Notes under the pieces: model-generated
Database searches by the model: none
What the model saw: only the letters and a program-made list of their open reading frames with translations
What the model was told of the DNA's origin: nothing
In this document: positions 30,056 to 41,418 of the stretch, one piece after another
Numbering within the stretch: position 1 is the stretch's first letter
Layout: each line of letters begins with the position of its first letter
DNA from: Planctomycetota bacterium
GTDB lineage: Bacteria > Planctomycetota > UBA1135 > UBA2386
Length of the DNA stretch: 64,000 bases
Direction of reading: 5' to 3'
Assembly: GCA_046290465.1 (NCBI GenBank)
Contig: JBKAGP010000001.1
Span: 1,088,001 to 1,152,000 of the forward strand
Translations under genes and position numbers: made by a program

Positions 30056-33000
30056 ATGATCAACGACAACCGGCCCGAACGGGACGGCAGGGAGATGGAG
30101 AACTCCCCCGCGCCCGGTCGGTCCAACCGAGCCGCGCCGGGCACGGACGGCGCCGGCGAAGGATCCGTGCCGGGTTCCGGGCACGGAACGGGCGAGGGCA
30201 CCAACGGGCCGGTTGCGGACGGCGCTCCGTCGCCTCAGGGCGAACCGGGCGAACAACGCCCCAGAGGCGCACCCGATTTCGTCGTCGGCATCGGCGCATC
30301 GGCCGGCGGCCTGACGTCGATCGAATCGTTCTTCCACCAGGTCCCGGCCAACGGCCGCACCGCCTACGTGCTGGTGCAGCACCTGTCGCCGGACCACCGC
30401 AGCCTGATGGCCGAAATCATGGTCAAGCACACCTCGCTGCAGGTCGTGCCGGCCGATCAGGACATGCGGCTGCAGGCCGACACGCTCTACCTGATCCCAC
30501 CCAACAAGGTCCTGCGTGTGCAGGACGGCGCGATCGAACTGCACGACCGCAACGCGCACCAACTGCACTTCCCGATCGACGTGTTCTTCCGTTCGCTGGC
30601 GGAGAACTACGGCAACCGGGGCATCGCGGTGGTCCTCTCGGGCACCGGCTCGGACGGAACCAACGGCATCCGCGACGTCAAGCAGGCGGGCGGCACGGTC
30701 CTGGTTCAGGACGACACCGCCCAGTTCGACGGCATGCCGCGCAGCGCCATCAGCACCGGCCTCGCCGACTTCATCCTGCCACCGGAGGGCATTGCCGCGA
30801 AGATCCTCGACATCACCCGGCAGGAACTCGACGGCCTTCCGACCCAGCAGATCCGCTGGTCCGACGCCGCGCTCAAGTCGATCCTCGCGACCATCCGCCA
30901 CGTCACCGAGACCGACTTCCGCGGGTATCGCGACAAGACGATGCGTCGCCGCATCGAGAAGCGCATGTGGCTGCGCCAGGTCCACGACGCCGATGTCTAC
31001 GCACAGATTCTGAGCGAGGACCGCGAGGAGGTGAAGCGGCTCTCGCGCGAGCTGTTGATCGGCGTCACCAGCATGTTCCGCGACCCCGAAGCGTTCGACG
31101 CGGTTCGCGAGCACGTGCTGCCCCAGCTCCTCAAGGACCAGGCGACCGTGCGGATCTGGGTCGTCGGCTGCTCCACCGGCGAGGAGGCCTACTCGCTCGG
31201 CATCCTGATCGACGAGTACATGCGCGAGCACAAGATCACGGCAACCTACCGGATCTTTGCGACCGACATCGACGACCGCGCCATCCAGCAGGCCGGCCTC
31301 GGCGTGCTCGGCAGGCAGTCGGTCCAGGAGATGAGTGAAAGCCTGCTCGACCGCTACTTCTCGCGCGAGGGCGACAACTACCGCATCGCGCCCAGGATTC
31401 GCGAACGGATCGTGTTCGCCAAGCACGACGTCATCAAGGACCCGCCGTTCACCAAGGTCGACATGGTGTCGTGCCGCAACATGCTGATCTACCAGATCGC
31501 CGAGCTGCAGGCGCGGACGATCGGCGTGATGCAGTTCGCGCTGCGCGAACACGGCTTCCTGTGGCTCGGCCCGTCCGAGGCGCTCGCCGGCCGGGAGCAC
31601 GGCTTCGTGACACTCGACAAGCGCTGGCGGCTGTTCCGGCGCAGCGAGCAGAGTTCGACACACCAGCCGCACCGGCGTCCCGAGAGCTCGTCGATCTCGG
31701 CCCGGCGGTCGTTGGTCGAGCGCCAGGTCCACCGCCAGGAGGCCCTGCTGCTCGGTCGCGTGTGTAGCGCCCTGGTCGGTGGCGAGGGCCAGGTCGCGCT
31801 GGTCGTCAGCGAGACCGACACGATCCTCTACCAGTTCGGCGACACCGCATCCTACTCGGCGATCCCGGAGGGACGGCCGACGCAGACGCTGACCAGGGCC
31901 CTGATCCAGCCGATCGGCAACTACCTCGCCGGCCTGGTCCGTCGATCCCGCCGGGAGGGACTGCCGACGCTCACGGGTCGCACCGTAATCGACCGCGACG
32001 GCGTGTCGATTCCGGTCGACGTCGGCGTGCAGCGCATCGAGATCACCGCCGGCGATCCGCTGCACGTCATCGCAATCCGCCAGGACGAGAGCCAGGCGCG
32101 CGACCGCACCAGCGAGTTCACCGACCTCGCGGACCTCGCGACCAACGACCGCATCAGCGAACTCGAGTCCGACCTCGTCGAGGCGCGCTCCAACCTGCAG
32201 ATGACGATCGAGGAGCTCGAGTCTTCCAACGAAGAGCTGCAGAGCGCCAACGAGGAGCTGCTGGCGAGCAACGAGGAGCTACAGAGCACCAACGAAGAGC
32301 TGCACTCCGTCAACGAGGAGCTGCACACCGTCAACGCCGAGTACCAGCGCAAGCTCGCCGAGCAGCACCTGCTGACGGCCGACATGGAGCACCTGCTGCA
32401 GACCACCGACGTCGGCACGCTGTTCCTCGACTCGGACCTGCGCGTGCGACGCTACACCCCAGCGATCACCCGCGTGATCCCGCTGCTGCCTTCGGACCAG
32501 GGCCGCCCGGTCGGCCACATCAAGCACCGCTTGCTCGACGTCGACCTCGAGCAGGTGGCTGCGCGCACCAAGAAGGACAAGCGCGTCGAACTGCAGGCGC
32601 AGTCCTCCGACAACCTGACGTTCGAGCTGCGCTCGGTGCCCTACAACGACTTCGGCGACCACATCGACGGCGTCGTCATCACGCTGTTCGACGTGACCGC
32701 GCTCGAGTGCGCCCGCCGCAAGGCGGCCGACGGCGAACGCATGTTCCAGCAGGTCGTCGCCAACATCGACGAAGCGATCTGGATCCGCAATCGCGACAAC
32801 GGGGCGTTCCTCTACCTCAGCCCGGTCGCCGAAGGCCTGCTCGGCCGCGCGACCGCGGACCTGATGGACTCCCCCGATCTGTGGATGCACGCAGTGCACG
32901 AGGACGACCGCGAGCGCGTCGAGTCCGCCTACCGTCGCGGCCTAGAGAAGGGCATCATCCAGCTCGAGTACCGGGTCTGCACGCCCGACGGACAGCTTCG

Positions 33001-34378
33001 CTGGATCCGCGACCGCGCCTTCCCGATGGTCGAGAACGGCCAGGAGCGGGTCGAAAAGCTCGCCGGGGTCACCACCGACATCACCATTGCCAAGCAGACC
33101 GAGGACGAACTGCGCGACCATGCGCAGAGCATGTCTCGGCTGGCGCTGGTCGATGCGCTGACCGGGCTGTCGAACCGGCGGGCGTTCGACGACCACCTCA
33201 CCGCCGAGGTCACGCGCGCCCGGCGCAACGGCGACCCGCTGGCCGCGGTGCTGATCGACTGCGACAACTTCAAGGAGATCAACGATCGCCACGGCCACAA
33301 CGCCGGCGACGACGTGCTGCGCGAGGTTGCCAACCGGCTGGCGCACGCGCTGCGTCCGACCGACGTGCTGTCCCGGATCGGCGGCGACGAGTTCGTCGCG
33401 CTGCTGCCGGCAACGCGCAACGCCGAAGCGCTGCGGGTCGCCGAGCGCATGCGCCACACGATCGCCGACAAGCCGGTGTTCGCCGCCGGCCACGACCTGC
33501 AGGTCACCGTCAGCATCGGCGTCGACGCCGTCAACACCGAATCGACGTCGACCAGCGCCGTGTTGTCCGACCTGCACCACGGCCTTGGCCGCAGCAAGGC
33601 ACTCGGCAAGAACCGCGTGCTCGATGCACGCGGCGACGGCGTGACGCCGATGTACCCCGACCAGCTGCGCGCGATGCTGCGCAACCCGCAGGCGATCCGG
33701 GTCGTGGCCCAGGCGATCCACGACCTCGCCGACGACAGCATCGTCGGCTACGAGCTGCTGAGCCGCGGCCCGGCCGGCGACTACGAGTCCCCCGACGCAC
33801 TGTTCCGACTGGCGACCGACTTCGACATGCTGACGGTGGTCGACAAGCACTGCCTGCAGGAGTGCCTGCTGGTAGCCAACGCGGTGCTCGCGGCCGACCC
33901 CAACCACCGCGTACACCTCAACGCGTTCCCCGCGACCCTGCTCGAAGAGCGCGGCAACGGCCTGCACGACGCGTTCCGCAAGATCACCTCGCTCGGGCGT
34001 GTCTGCCTCGAGATCAGCGAACAGCAGGTCGTCGGCGAGCCGACCTACCTGCGCGAAGACCTGGCGGAGCTACGGCGCCTGGGCATGAAGGTCGCGATCG
34101 ACGACGTCGGCTTCGGCCGCAGTTCGCTCGAATCGCTGATCCTGCTCGAGCCGGACGTGATCAAGATCGACCGCGCGTTCGTCAAGGGCGTCAGCCAGGA
34201 GCCGGCGCGGCGCCAGTCGCTCAACCGCCTGCTCAACGTCTCGCGCGGGCTGGCGACCGAGGTCGTCGCCGAAGGCGTCGAGACCCGCGAGGACTCGAAG
34301 GCACTCGCTGACCTGGGGGTCAAGCTCGCCCAGGGCTTCCTGTGGGACCGGCCGGCACCGCTGCCGTCCAAGAACTAG
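30056..34378 (+). CDS. CheB-CheR fusion with coiled coil, PAS domains, GGDEF and EAL domains
   Basis: GIGASAGG / VQHL / GTGSDG (CheB triad); [22 protein letters not shown] (CheR); NEEL heptads; RPTD..IGGDEF; YELLSR, IDDVG, IKID, AEGVET, QGF. Confidence 0.93.
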   Translation: MINDNRPERDGREMENSPAPGRSNRAAPGTDGAGEGSVPGSGHGTGEGTNGPVADGAPSPQGEPGEQRPRGAPDFVVGIGASAGGLTSIESFFHQVPANGRTAYVLVQHLSPDHRSLMAEIMVKHTSLQVVPADQDMRLQADTLYLIPPNKVLRVQDGAIELHDRNAHQLHFPIDVFFRSLAENYGNRGIAVVLSGTGSDGTNGIRDVKQAGGTVLVQDDTAQFDGMPRSAISTGLADFILPPEGIAAKILDITRQELDGLPTQQIRWSDAALKSILATIRHVTETDFRGYRDKTMRRRIEKRMWLRQVHDADVYAQILSEDREEVKRLSRELLIGVTSMFRDPEAFDAVREHVLPQLLKDQATVRIWVVGCSTGEEAYSLGILIDEYMREHKITATYRIFATDIDDRAIQQAGLGVLGRQSVQEMSESLLDRYFSREGDNYRIAPRIRERIVFAKHDVIKDPPFTKVDMVSCRNMLIYQIAELQARTIGVMQFALREHGFLWLGPSEALAGREHGFVTLDKRWRLFRRSEQSSTHQPHRRPESSSISARRSLVERQVHRQEALLLGRVCSALVGGEGQVALVVSETDTILYQFGDTASYSAIPEGRPTQTLTRALIQPIGNYLAGLVRRSRREGLPTLTGRTVIDRDGVSIPVDVGVQRIEITAGDPLHVIAIRQDESQARDRTSEFTDLADLATNDRISELESDLVEARSNLQMTIEELESSNEELQSANEELLASNEELQSTNEELHSVNEELHTVNAEYQRKLAEQHLLTADMEHLLQTTDVGTLFLDSDLRVRRYTPAITRVIPLLPSDQGRPVGHIKHRLLDVDLEQVAARTKKDKRVELQAQSSDNLTFELRSVPYNDFGDHIDGVVITLFDVTALECARRKAADGERMFQQVVANIDEAIWIRNRDNGAFLYLSPVAEGLLGRATADLMDSPDLWMHAVHEDDRERVESAYRRGLEKGIIQLEYRVCTPDGQLRWIRDRAFPMVENGQERVEKLAGVTTDITIAKQTEDELRDHAQSMSRLALVDALTGLSNRRAFDDHLTAEVTRARRNGDPLAAVLIDCDNFKEINDRHGHNAGDDVLREVANRLAHALRPTDVLSRIGGDEFVALLPATRNAEALRVAERMRHTIADKPVFAAGHDLQVTVSIGVDAVNTESTSTSAVLSDLHHGLGRSKALGKNRVLDARGDGVTPMYPDQLRAMLRNPQAIRVVAQAIHDLADDSIVGYELLSRGPAGDYESPDALFRLATDFDMLTVVDKHCLQECLLVANAVLAADPNHRVHLNAFPATLLEERGNGLHDAFRKITSLGRVCLEISEQQVVGEPTYLREDLAELRRLGMKVAIDDVGFGRSSLESLILLEPDVIKIDRAFVKGVSQEPARRQSLNRLLNVSRGLATEVVAEGVETREDSKALADLGVKLAQGFLWDRPAPLPSKN

Positions 34379-34421
34379 CGAGAACCCGGCTGGAGCGGCC
34401 CGGCCATCGGCCGGTCGCCGC

Positions 34422-37028
34422 TCACGAACTGGCCTCGCCCGCGGCCGGCTCATCGCCATCGCGCCGCTGCGGCTCGTGCTTCGGCCGCTGGTCCAGCAGC
34501 CGTCGCAGCGGCGCCGATTCGAGCAGCGTAACGACCAGGCCCCCACCCGACTCGTGTTCGACCTCGTAGGGCACCGCGCGCAGGATGAACTCGGCTCCGT
34601 CCTCTGCCGTGACCGCCTCTTCGCAGGGCGCACCCGACTCCAGCACCGCGCGCAGCGCCTGCCATAGGTCGAACGAGTCGAGCCGGTGTGCTAGGTCGGT
34701 CACCTGCCGACCGATGTCGTGCATCGACACGCGCACCAGCGCCGTGATCCCGGGCGTGAACTTGCGGATGTGCAGGTCGGCGTCGAGGAACATCGTCGAC
34801 ATCGGCGTGTTGCGCAGCAGGTTCTCGACGTCGTTGTTGAGGTCGGTCAGCTCCTGGATCTTGTTCTGGTGCTCGGCGTTGACGGTGTAGAGCTCTTCGT
34901 TGACCGACTGCAGCTCCTCGTTGGTGCTCTGTAACTCCTCGTTGCTCGCCATCAACTCCTCGTTGGTCGCCTGGTGCTCCTCGTTGGCGGTCTCGAGCTC
35001 CTCGACGCTCGACTTCAACGACTCACGCGCCTGCTGCAGTTCCTGCTCCAGCGCGCGGATGCGCGAGGCGACGTGGTCGTCCACGGTGAACGGCTGCGGA
35101 TCTCCGCGCGGCACCGACTCGGCATCCTCGAACAGCACGATCATCAGCGAGATGCCACCTTCTCCCTTCGCCGGGATCAGCGACATGTCGACCAACGACG
35201 GTGCGCCGGCCTCCGACTCGGGCATCGCGATGTCGCTGTAGCGCACCACCCCGCCACCGTCCTTGGCCTTCTGCATCGCGGTGCCGAACGGCAGCACCAG
35301 CGGATTGCGCAGGATGCGCGAGAACTCAGCCGAGCCGGCCCCTTCCGGGACCTGGGTGAACAGTGCGCCCTTGCCGAACACGTGCAGCAGTTCGCCGTCG
35401 AACCCGACCAGGAAGCAGGCTGAGCGGCGGCCGTGCAGCAAGGCGCGGAAGGCCTGCACCATCAGGTCGTCGCGGACCGGCACCTCGCGGACCGGCCGCG
35501 GCGGCTCGCGTCGCTTCGCCGGCATGATCGGCTCCATCAACGACAGCGACGGCCGCCGCCCCTCGTGCCGCAGTACCACGTTGCGGCGCTTGCTGTAGAC
35601 CTTCCAACGCGTATCGAGGCACTTGAACTCGGGATCGAGGTCGCCGCAGGTCTCCGCAGCCCCCAGCAGCAGCCCGCCGTCGACCCGCAGCGCGAAGTGC
35701 AGCGTCGCCAACACGCGGTACTGCAGCTCCTGCTCCATGTAGATCAGCGCGTTGCGGCACGTGACCAGATCCATGTTGGTCAGCGGCGCGTCGCGGTTGA
35801 GGTTGTGCTCGGCGAAGATCACCGACTCGCGCACGCGTCGGCTGACGCGGAACGACGAGCCGTCCTGCACGAAGTACTTGCCGAGCAGATCGACCGGGAC
35901 CTCGTCACGGATCGAGAACGAATAGACGCCGGTCGCTGCGGTCTCGAGGGCCCGCTTGTCGATGTCGGTGGCGAAGATCTTGAGGTCCAGCTGTCGGCCC
36001 GCCGCCTCGAAGCACTCGAACAGCACGATCGCGAGCGTATAGACCTCCTCGCCGGTCGAGCACGCGGTCACCCAACAGCGAATCGGCCCCTCCTCGACGT
36101 TGGCGACCAGCGGTTCGAGGAAGTTCCGCCGCAGGCTCTTCCACGCATCGGCATCGCGAAAGAACGCCGTCACGCCGATCAGCAGGTCGCTGCGCAGTGC
36201 GGCGCGTTCCTGCGAGTCGTCGGCGAGGCGCCGCACGTAGTCCTCGATGCCCCGCGCACCGGTGATCGAGACGCGGCGCGAGATCCGCCGCGAGATCGTG
36301 CCGGTCCGGTAGTGCGTGAAGTCGATCGTGCTGTCCTGCCGTAGCATCGCGACGATCTCGCGCAGCACGTTGGGATCGGCCGCGCCCTCGACGATCGGCC
36401 CCTCGGGCGTGTCGACGCCCATGCGCTGCACGTAGGCCTCGACCGTGCGCGCCAGCTCATCGGGCGGCAGCGCCGAGTGCGCCGAACCGGACGCGAGCGC
36501 GCTGCGCGGCATGCCGTCGAACTGCGCGGTCTCCGGCGACTGCACCAACACCAGGCCGCCGGCCTCATTGATCGCGCGCACCCCGCGCGCACCGTCGGAG
36601 CCGGCGCCCGACAGCACCACGGCGATCGAACGTTCGCGCATCTCCTTGGCCAGCGACTCGAAGAACTGGTCGATCGGGTACTGCAACGCCCGCGGCCCGC
36701 TCAGGTCCTGGTCGAACAACCGCAGGCAGCCGTCGCGCAGCACCATGTTCTTCTTGGGCGGGATCAGGTAGACGCAGCCCGGCTCGCACCGCATGCCGTC
36801 CTCGGCCTGCGCGACGCGCATGCTGGTGTGCCGCTCGAGCAGGTCGCGCATCAGGCTCTTGAAGTCCGGCGACAGGTGCTGCACGACCACGTAGGCGGCG
36901 CCCGAGCCGTCGCCCAGCGCCGTGAAGAACCGCTCGAGCGGTTCGAAGCCGCCCGCCGACGCCCCGACGCCGACCAGATAGAAGTTCGTCGGCAGGGCTG
37001 CGCCCGCCTTGCTGGCTTTCTCGCTCAC
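34422..37028 (-). CDS. CheB-CheR fusion with coiled coil and PAS, no output domain
   Basis: GTG start overlapping upstream [47 protein letters not shown] heptads. Confidence 0.92.
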   Translation of the reverse strand: MSEKASKAGAALPTNFYLVGVGASAGGFEPLERFFTALGDGSGAAYVVVQHLSPDFKSLMRDLLERHTSMRVAQAEDGMRCEPGCVYLIPPKKNMVLRDGCLRLFDQDLSGPRALQYPIDQFFESLAKEMRERSIAVVLSGAGSDGARGVRAINEAGGLVLVQSPETAQFDGMPRSALASGSAHSALPPDELARTVEAYVQRMGVDTPEGPIVEGAADPNVLREIVAMLRQDSTIDFTHYRTGTISRRISRRVSITGARGIEDYVRRLADDSQERAALRSDLLIGVTAFFRDADAWKSLRRNFLEPLVANVEEGPIRCWVTACSTGEEVYTLAIVLFECFEAAGRQLDLKIFATDIDKRALETAATGVYSFSIRDEVPVDLLGKYFVQDGSSFRVSRRVRESVIFAEHNLNRDAPLTNMDLVTCRNALIYMEQELQYRVLATLHFALRVDGGLLLGAAETCGDLDPEFKCLDTRWKVYSKRRNVVLRHEGRRPSLSLMEPIMPAKRREPPRPVREVPVRDDLMVQAFRALLHGRRSACFLVGFDGELLHVFGKGALFTQVPEGAGSAEFSRILRNPLVLPFGTAMQKAKDGGGVVRYSDIAMPESEAGAPSLVDMSLIPAKGEGGISLMIVLFEDAESVPRGDPQPFTVDDHVASRIRALEQELQQARESLKSSVEELETANEEHQATNEELMASNEELQSTNEELQSVNEELYTVNAEHQNKIQELTDLNNDVENLLRNTPMSTMFLDADLHIRKFTPGITALVRVSMHDIGRQVTDLAHRLDSFDLWQALRAVLESGAPCEEAVTAEDGAEFILRAVPYEVEHESGGGLVVTLLESAPLRRLLDQRPKHEPQRRDGDEPAAGEASS

Positions 37029-38182
37029 GATGTCGCTCCTGGTCCAGGTGTCGGCACGAGGCCGTCTGCGAGCCGGATGAAGGTGGTATGTCGCCCGTTG
37101 TCGGCCTTGCCGAACCACAGCGAGCCGCCGTGCCGTTCGACGATCCGCCGGCAGATCGCGACGTCCAGGGACGGTGCGGTCGTCTTGTCGTCGCCTACGC
37201 CGAACGACACCGCAGCACGCTCGCTGGGATCGGGTTCGTCGCCGGGATCCTCGAAACCGAACAACCACTCGCTGCGGGAGCGCGTGACGGTCACCTCGAC
37301 GTCGACCTCGACTCCGACTCCGCAACGACGCACCGATCGCGCAATCAAGCGCCGGAACAGCAGACGCAGTTGCTGGCCGTCGCCGACGATCACCGGCAGG
37401 CTGCCGCTGCGCACGGCCCCATCGCGCAACGGGCAGTTCGCCGCGACCTCGCGCAGGGCGTCGTCGAACACCAGGCTCAGGTCGACCTCGGCGAACGGGC
37501 TGCCGACGGACGACACGCGCGAGAGGTCCAACGCCTCGGTGACCAGCGTTCCGGCACGGCGCGCTCCCTCGAGGCTGGCGCGCGCGTAGTTGCTGAGCAT
37601 GCGGTCCTTGGCGATCGTGCCGTTGCTCAGCAGCAGGCCGCAGTAGTGCTGCACGACCTGCAGCGGCGTCGCGAGCACGTTGGCGATCATCGACGCGTAA
37701 TGCTCGAGTTCGCGGTTCTCGCGCATCGACTGCACCAGCTCGGCCGCGCGCTGGCGTTCGGCCTGCTCGGCCGCGCGCCGCGCCAGCACCCGCTCGACGG
37801 TCGCCGGCACCAGCTGCACGAAGCCGCCGTCGGCGTCCTTGATCAGGTAGTCGCAGGCTCCCGCACGCAGCGCCTGCACCGCGACGTGCTCGCTACCCTG
37901 CCCGGTCATGACGATCACCGGCAAACCGCGCGCGAACGCCACCAGGTCGGTCCCGAACCCGTCCGGCAGCACGTAGTCCGCGATCACCGCCACCAACGTC
38001 GGATCGTCGAGCGCCGCGATCGCGTCGCCGCAGCTGCTGACGCAGCGAAAGCGGTACGGATGCTGGTCGCGTTCGACCTGTCGCTCGAGTCCTTCGAGGA
38101 TCGTCGGGTCGTCGTCGACCGCGAGCACCGTCACGCTCCGCGGGAGGCCCGCTGGCAGGGCCGTGGCTTCGAGCCGCTCCAT
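37025..38182 (-). CDS. REC domain fused to a degenerate histidine kinase domain
   Basis: REC: VDDD, IADY.LPDG, MTGQG, YLIKD; H-box reads IANVLATPL (no His); degenerate N/G boxes; IC.RIVERHGG.LW retained. Confidence 0.8.
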   Translation of the reverse strand: MERLEATALPAGLPRSVTVLAVDDDPTILEGLERQVERDQHPYRFRCVSSCGDAIAALDDPTLVAVIADYVLPDGFGTDLVAFARGLPVIVMTGQGSEHVAVQALRAGACDYLIKDADGGFVQLVPATVERVLARRAAEQAERQRAAELVQSMRENRELEHYASMIANVLATPLQVVQHYCGLLLSNGTIAKDRMLSNYARASLEGARRAGTLVTEALDLSRVSSVGSPFAEVDLSLVFDDALREVAANCPLRDGAVRSGSLPVIVGDGQQLRLLFRRLIARSVRRCGVGVEVDVEVTVTRSRSEWLFGFEDPGDEPDPSERAAVSFGVGDDKTTAPSLDVAICRRIVERHGGSLWFGKADNGRHTTFIRLADGLVPTPGPGATS

Positions 38183-38240
38183 CGCAGCCGATCGTATCAG
38201 GTCGGCGCCGTGCGCCGGCAGCCAACCCCGATTTCGCGGC

Positions 38241-38657
38241 CTACTTGCCTGCGACCAGCGAGTCGAGGAAGCGCACGTATTCGGCCCCGTCCGACGGCTT
38301 GACGACGTAGCCGTCGGCGCCGACCTGGTCGGCCCGCTCGCGGTCGGCCGGCCGGTCGGAGTTCGAGAACATCACCACCATCGGCAGCTCGGTGAAGGCC
38401 GGCATCGCGCGCACCGCCTCGACGACCTCGAAGCCGTCCATCGTCGGCATGCGCACGTCGAGCAGCACCAGCGACGGATAGCGGTCGGTCTGGCCGGCGA
38501 TCGCCTGCAGGTATTCGATCAGCGCCTCGCCGGAGCTGAACGTGCGCAGCGGGTTCTGCACCCTCGAGGAGCGCAGGTAGCGCTCGATCAGCATCAGCTC
38601 GACGTCGTCGTCGTCGACGAACACGAGCTCGTTGTCATCATGGATGCGTGCGGCCAT
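38241..38657 (-). CDS. Single-domain response regulator (Rcp1-like)
   Basis: FVDDD, VLLDVRMP.MDGFE, MFSNS, YVVKP. Confidence 0.9.
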   Translation of the reverse strand: MAARIHDDNELVFVDDDDVELMLIERYLRSSRVQNPLRTFSSGEALIEYLQAIAGQTDRYPSLVLLDVRMPTMDGFEVVEAVRAMPAFTELPMVVMFSNSDRPADRERADQVGADGYVVKPSDGAEYVRFLDSLVAGK

Positions 38658-40536
38658 CACTCTCCTCCTGGAACGTAAAGCGGAACTGCACGGAGTCATG
38701 CTCCGATTCGACGCGGATCCGGCCTCGGTGCCGGTCGACGACCTTCTTGGCGATGCTGAGTCCGACCCCGCTGCCTTCCGACTCCGCCGACTTGCGGAAC
38801 ATCTTGAACGCGTCGGCCAGCTTGCTCGCCGGGATCGACGAGCCGGTGTTGCGCACCCCGAACACCCAGCCTCGGCCCGGTTCTTCGCCGGCGGTGAACG
38901 CCAGCTCGAAGCCGTCGACCGGCGTGTGCCGCAGGGCGTTCTGGATCAGGTTCTGGTAGAGCCGTTCGACCAGCTTGGGGTAGACCTCGGGCTCGAACGG
39001 CACCGGCTCGATCCGCACCCGCACCCCGCGCCGCGCGATCTCGTCGCGGTGCGGCGCCAGCGCCCGCTCGATCAGCGCCACCAGGTCCGTCGGCACCCGC
39101 ACCAGGTTGCCCTCCTCGACGCGGGTCAGCTCGCGGAAGTCGTCGAACATCGACTGCATCTCGCGCGAACACTGCGAGACCAGGGCCAGCAGTTGCTGCC
39201 GCGCTCCGGCATCGGTCTCGCCGTGGACCAGGTCGATCAGGTTGCGCTGCTTGCGCAGCGGCTCGCGCAGGTCGTGCGCCGCGATGTGCACGAAGTGCTC
39301 GAGGTCCTCGTTGGCACGCTCGAGGCGCAAGTTGCTCTGCTGCAGCGCGGCTTCGTTGCGCTGGATCTCATCCGCCATGCGACGGAACGCGCGCGCCAGT
39401 TCGCCGACCTCGTCCCCGAGCTTCATCGGCAGCTCCGGGATCTGCTCCCCGGCCTGCAGGCGCTCGGCCGCCCGGGTCAGGGTCTGCAGGGGCCGCGTCT
39501 GCCAGCGGCCGGTCAGCAGACTGAGCGCGAGCGCGCCGACGACCAGCAGCAGGGTGACCAGCGCGAGCTGCTGGAACACTTCGACGCCGCCGCGTGCGAT
39601 CTCCTCGCCCGACGACTCGAAGCCGACCAGCACGAAGCGGTCGGGCGGCCCCGCGCCGAGCGGCAGCCGGCGGAAGCCGAGCACCCGACCCGAGAACAGC
39701 CCGCCGCCGTCGAGCAGTTCGACGTAGGTGTCGTCGTCGTCGTCGCCGTCGCCGTCGAGCAACCCGGCGAACTCCGGGTGGGTGTCCTGCAGCCGGTGAC
39801 GGTCCCCCAGCTCGAATCCGAATCGCATGTCGGCGTCCGGGTGCCAGAGGTAGTCGCCCCGGTCGTTGGTCACGTACAGCGCCCGGCCGTCGCGGTCGAG
39901 GTCGAACAACGAGGCCAGCAGCACGCCGAAGTGCAGGTTGACGACCGCGACGCCGAGCGGGTGACCGGCGCCATCGTCGATCCGGACCGCTGCGCGCAAC
40001 ATCGGCCGATGCGGCTCCTCGATGATCCCGCCCTCGCGGTTGAGCGTGATCGACGACAGGTAGACCTGCTCCGGCGCCGTCGCGATCGCCTCCTGGAAGT
40101 AGGGCCGCGACGATTTGTCCTGCAGATCCTGCGCCGGTGTGCGCCACACCCTGCCGTCGAGACGGTTGACGCGCACCAGTTCGCGGCCGTCGCGGCCGAG
40201 CAGACGGATCTGCTTCTGGTAGGCCTTCGACTGCGACATGCGCTCGAACACCTGCGCCAGCTGCTCGCGTTCGGCGAGGCGCTCGTCGCCGGTCGCGGCC
40301 CCCTGCACGACCGTGCGCGACTGCGGCAGGTTGGCGATCACCCGGACGTCGTTCTGCAGCTCGACCAGCGCCGTCCCGAGTCGCTGGGTGGCGCTCTGCA
40401 CCAGCTGCTCGAGCGCCGACCGCTGCTGCTCGGTGACGACGACGCGGAACCCGGTCAACAGCACCGCGCCGATCGCCAGCGCCGTGACCAGCACCGCGCC
40501 GGTGGTCAGGAATCGGATGCGATGGACGGCGTACAT
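38638..40536 (-). CDS. Membrane sensor histidine kinase with dCache-like periplasmic domain and HAMP
   Basis: Two TMs; QIRLL..DGRELVRV, LQDKS.RPYF, YLS.I.LNRE.G.IE.PH.P.LR; HAMP DEVGELARAF..M; AAHDLREPLR; GSGVGL. Confidence 0.9.
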   Translation of the reverse strand: MYAVHRIRFLTTGAVLVTALAIGAVLLTGFRVVVTEQQRSALEQLVQSATQRLGTALVELQNDVRVIANLPQSRTVVQGAATGDERLAEREQLAQVFERMSQSKAYQKQIRLLGRDGRELVRVNRLDGRVWRTPAQDLQDKSSRPYFQEAIATAPEQVYLSSITLNREGGIIEEPHRPMLRAAVRIDDGAGHPLGVAVVNLHFGVLLASLFDLDRDGRALYVTNDRGDYLWHPDADMRFGFELGDRHRLQDTHPEFAGLLDGDGDDDDDTYVELLDGGGLFSGRVLGFRRLPLGAGPPDRFVLVGFESSGEEIARGGVEVFQQLALVTLLLVVGALALSLLTGRWQTRPLQTLTRAAERLQAGEQIPELPMKLGDEVGELARAFRRMADEIQRNEAALQQSNLRLERANEDLEHFVHIAAHDLREPLRKQRNLIDLVHGETDAGARQQLLALVSQCSREMQSMFDDFRELTRVEEGNLVRVPTDLVALIERALAPHRDEIARRGVRVRIEPVPFEPEVYPKLVERLYQNLIQNALRHTPVDGFELAFTAGEEPGRGWVFGVRNTGSSIPASKLADAFKMFRKSAESEGSGVGLSIAKKVVDRHRGRIRVESEHDSVQFRFTFQEESDGRTHP

Positions 40537-40762
40537 GGCATGGGCGGCCTTTGCGGCGCCGGCCGGCAACGGCAGCGGCCCGGCGTCGCCGTCACACCCG
40601 CATTATCCACGACCACGTTGCCCGGGACCATGCTGGTGGCGCGAAGAAGCACACCGATCCGGATCGCATCCGGTGCCCGTCCCATCACATGGTGTCCGAA
40701 GTGCGAAGCTACGGACGCACCCCCGCGACGTGCATCGGCGTCGGCCCATCGGGCCAGCAGGC

Positions 40763-40847
40763 CCAGGATCGCAGCCAGACCAGGATCGCAGCCAGACCAG
40801 GATCGCAGCCAGGCCAGGATCGCAGCCAGGCCAGGATCGCAGCCAGG
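40763..40847. repeat. 17-bp tandem repeat x5 (CCAGGATCGCAGCCAG[A/G])
   Basis: Five contiguous copies differing only at the last base, directly after the folE stop. Confidence 0.95.
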
Positions 40848-40848
40848 C

Positions 40849-41418
40849 CTAGGAGCGACTGTCCCGCACCAGCTTCAAGAACTCCGTGCGCGTGCGCTCG
40901 TCGCGCCGGAACAGCCCGCGCAGGCACGACGTCACGGTGCTCGAGTTCTGCTTCTCGACGCCGCGCATCATCATGCACAGGTGCGAGGCCTCGATCACGA
41001 CCCCCACCCCCCGCGGCTGCATCACGTCTTCGAGCGCCGCGGCAATCTGCATCGTCAGCCGTTCCTGCACCTGGAGCCGGCGGGCATAGATGTCGACGAT
41101 GCGCGCGATCTTGGACAGGCCGATGATCTTGTCCGACGGAATGTAGGCGACGTGGGCCTTGCCGAAGAACGGCGCCAGGTGGTGCTCGCAGAGCGAGTAG
41201 AGCTCGATGTTCTTGACCAGCACCATCTCGTCGGTCTCGGCCTCGAACACGCCCGTGCCGATGACGTCCTTGGGGTCCTGGGAGTAGCCGATCGTGTAGG
41301 CCTCGAACGCCTTCTGCACGCGCCGCGGCGTGTCGCGCAGGCCCTCGCGATCCGGCTCCGGATCGAGCTGCCGCAGCATCGCGGCGACGTGTTGCTGGAA
41401 CTCTTCGGGGGCGTTCAT
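40849..41418 (-). CDS. folE: GTP cyclohydrolase I
   Basis: [44 protein letters not shown]. Confidence 0.97.
   Translation of the reverse strand: MNAPEEFQQHVAAMLRQLDPEPDREGLRDTPRRVQKAFEAYTIGYSQDPKDVIGTGVFEAETDEMVLVKNIELYSLCEHHLAPFFGKAHVAYIPSDKIIGLSKIARIVDIYARRLQVQERLTMQIAAALEDVMQPRGVGVVIEASHLCMMMRGVEKQNSSTVTSCLRGLFRRDERTRTEFLKLVRDSRS

Noticed and set aside
30056..37028. Classical chemotaxis operon
   Set aside because: No cheA, cheW or MCP; CheB/CheR occur only as fusions
40763..40847. Possible CRISPR array
   Set aside because: 17-bp units are contiguous with no spacers; no cas genes
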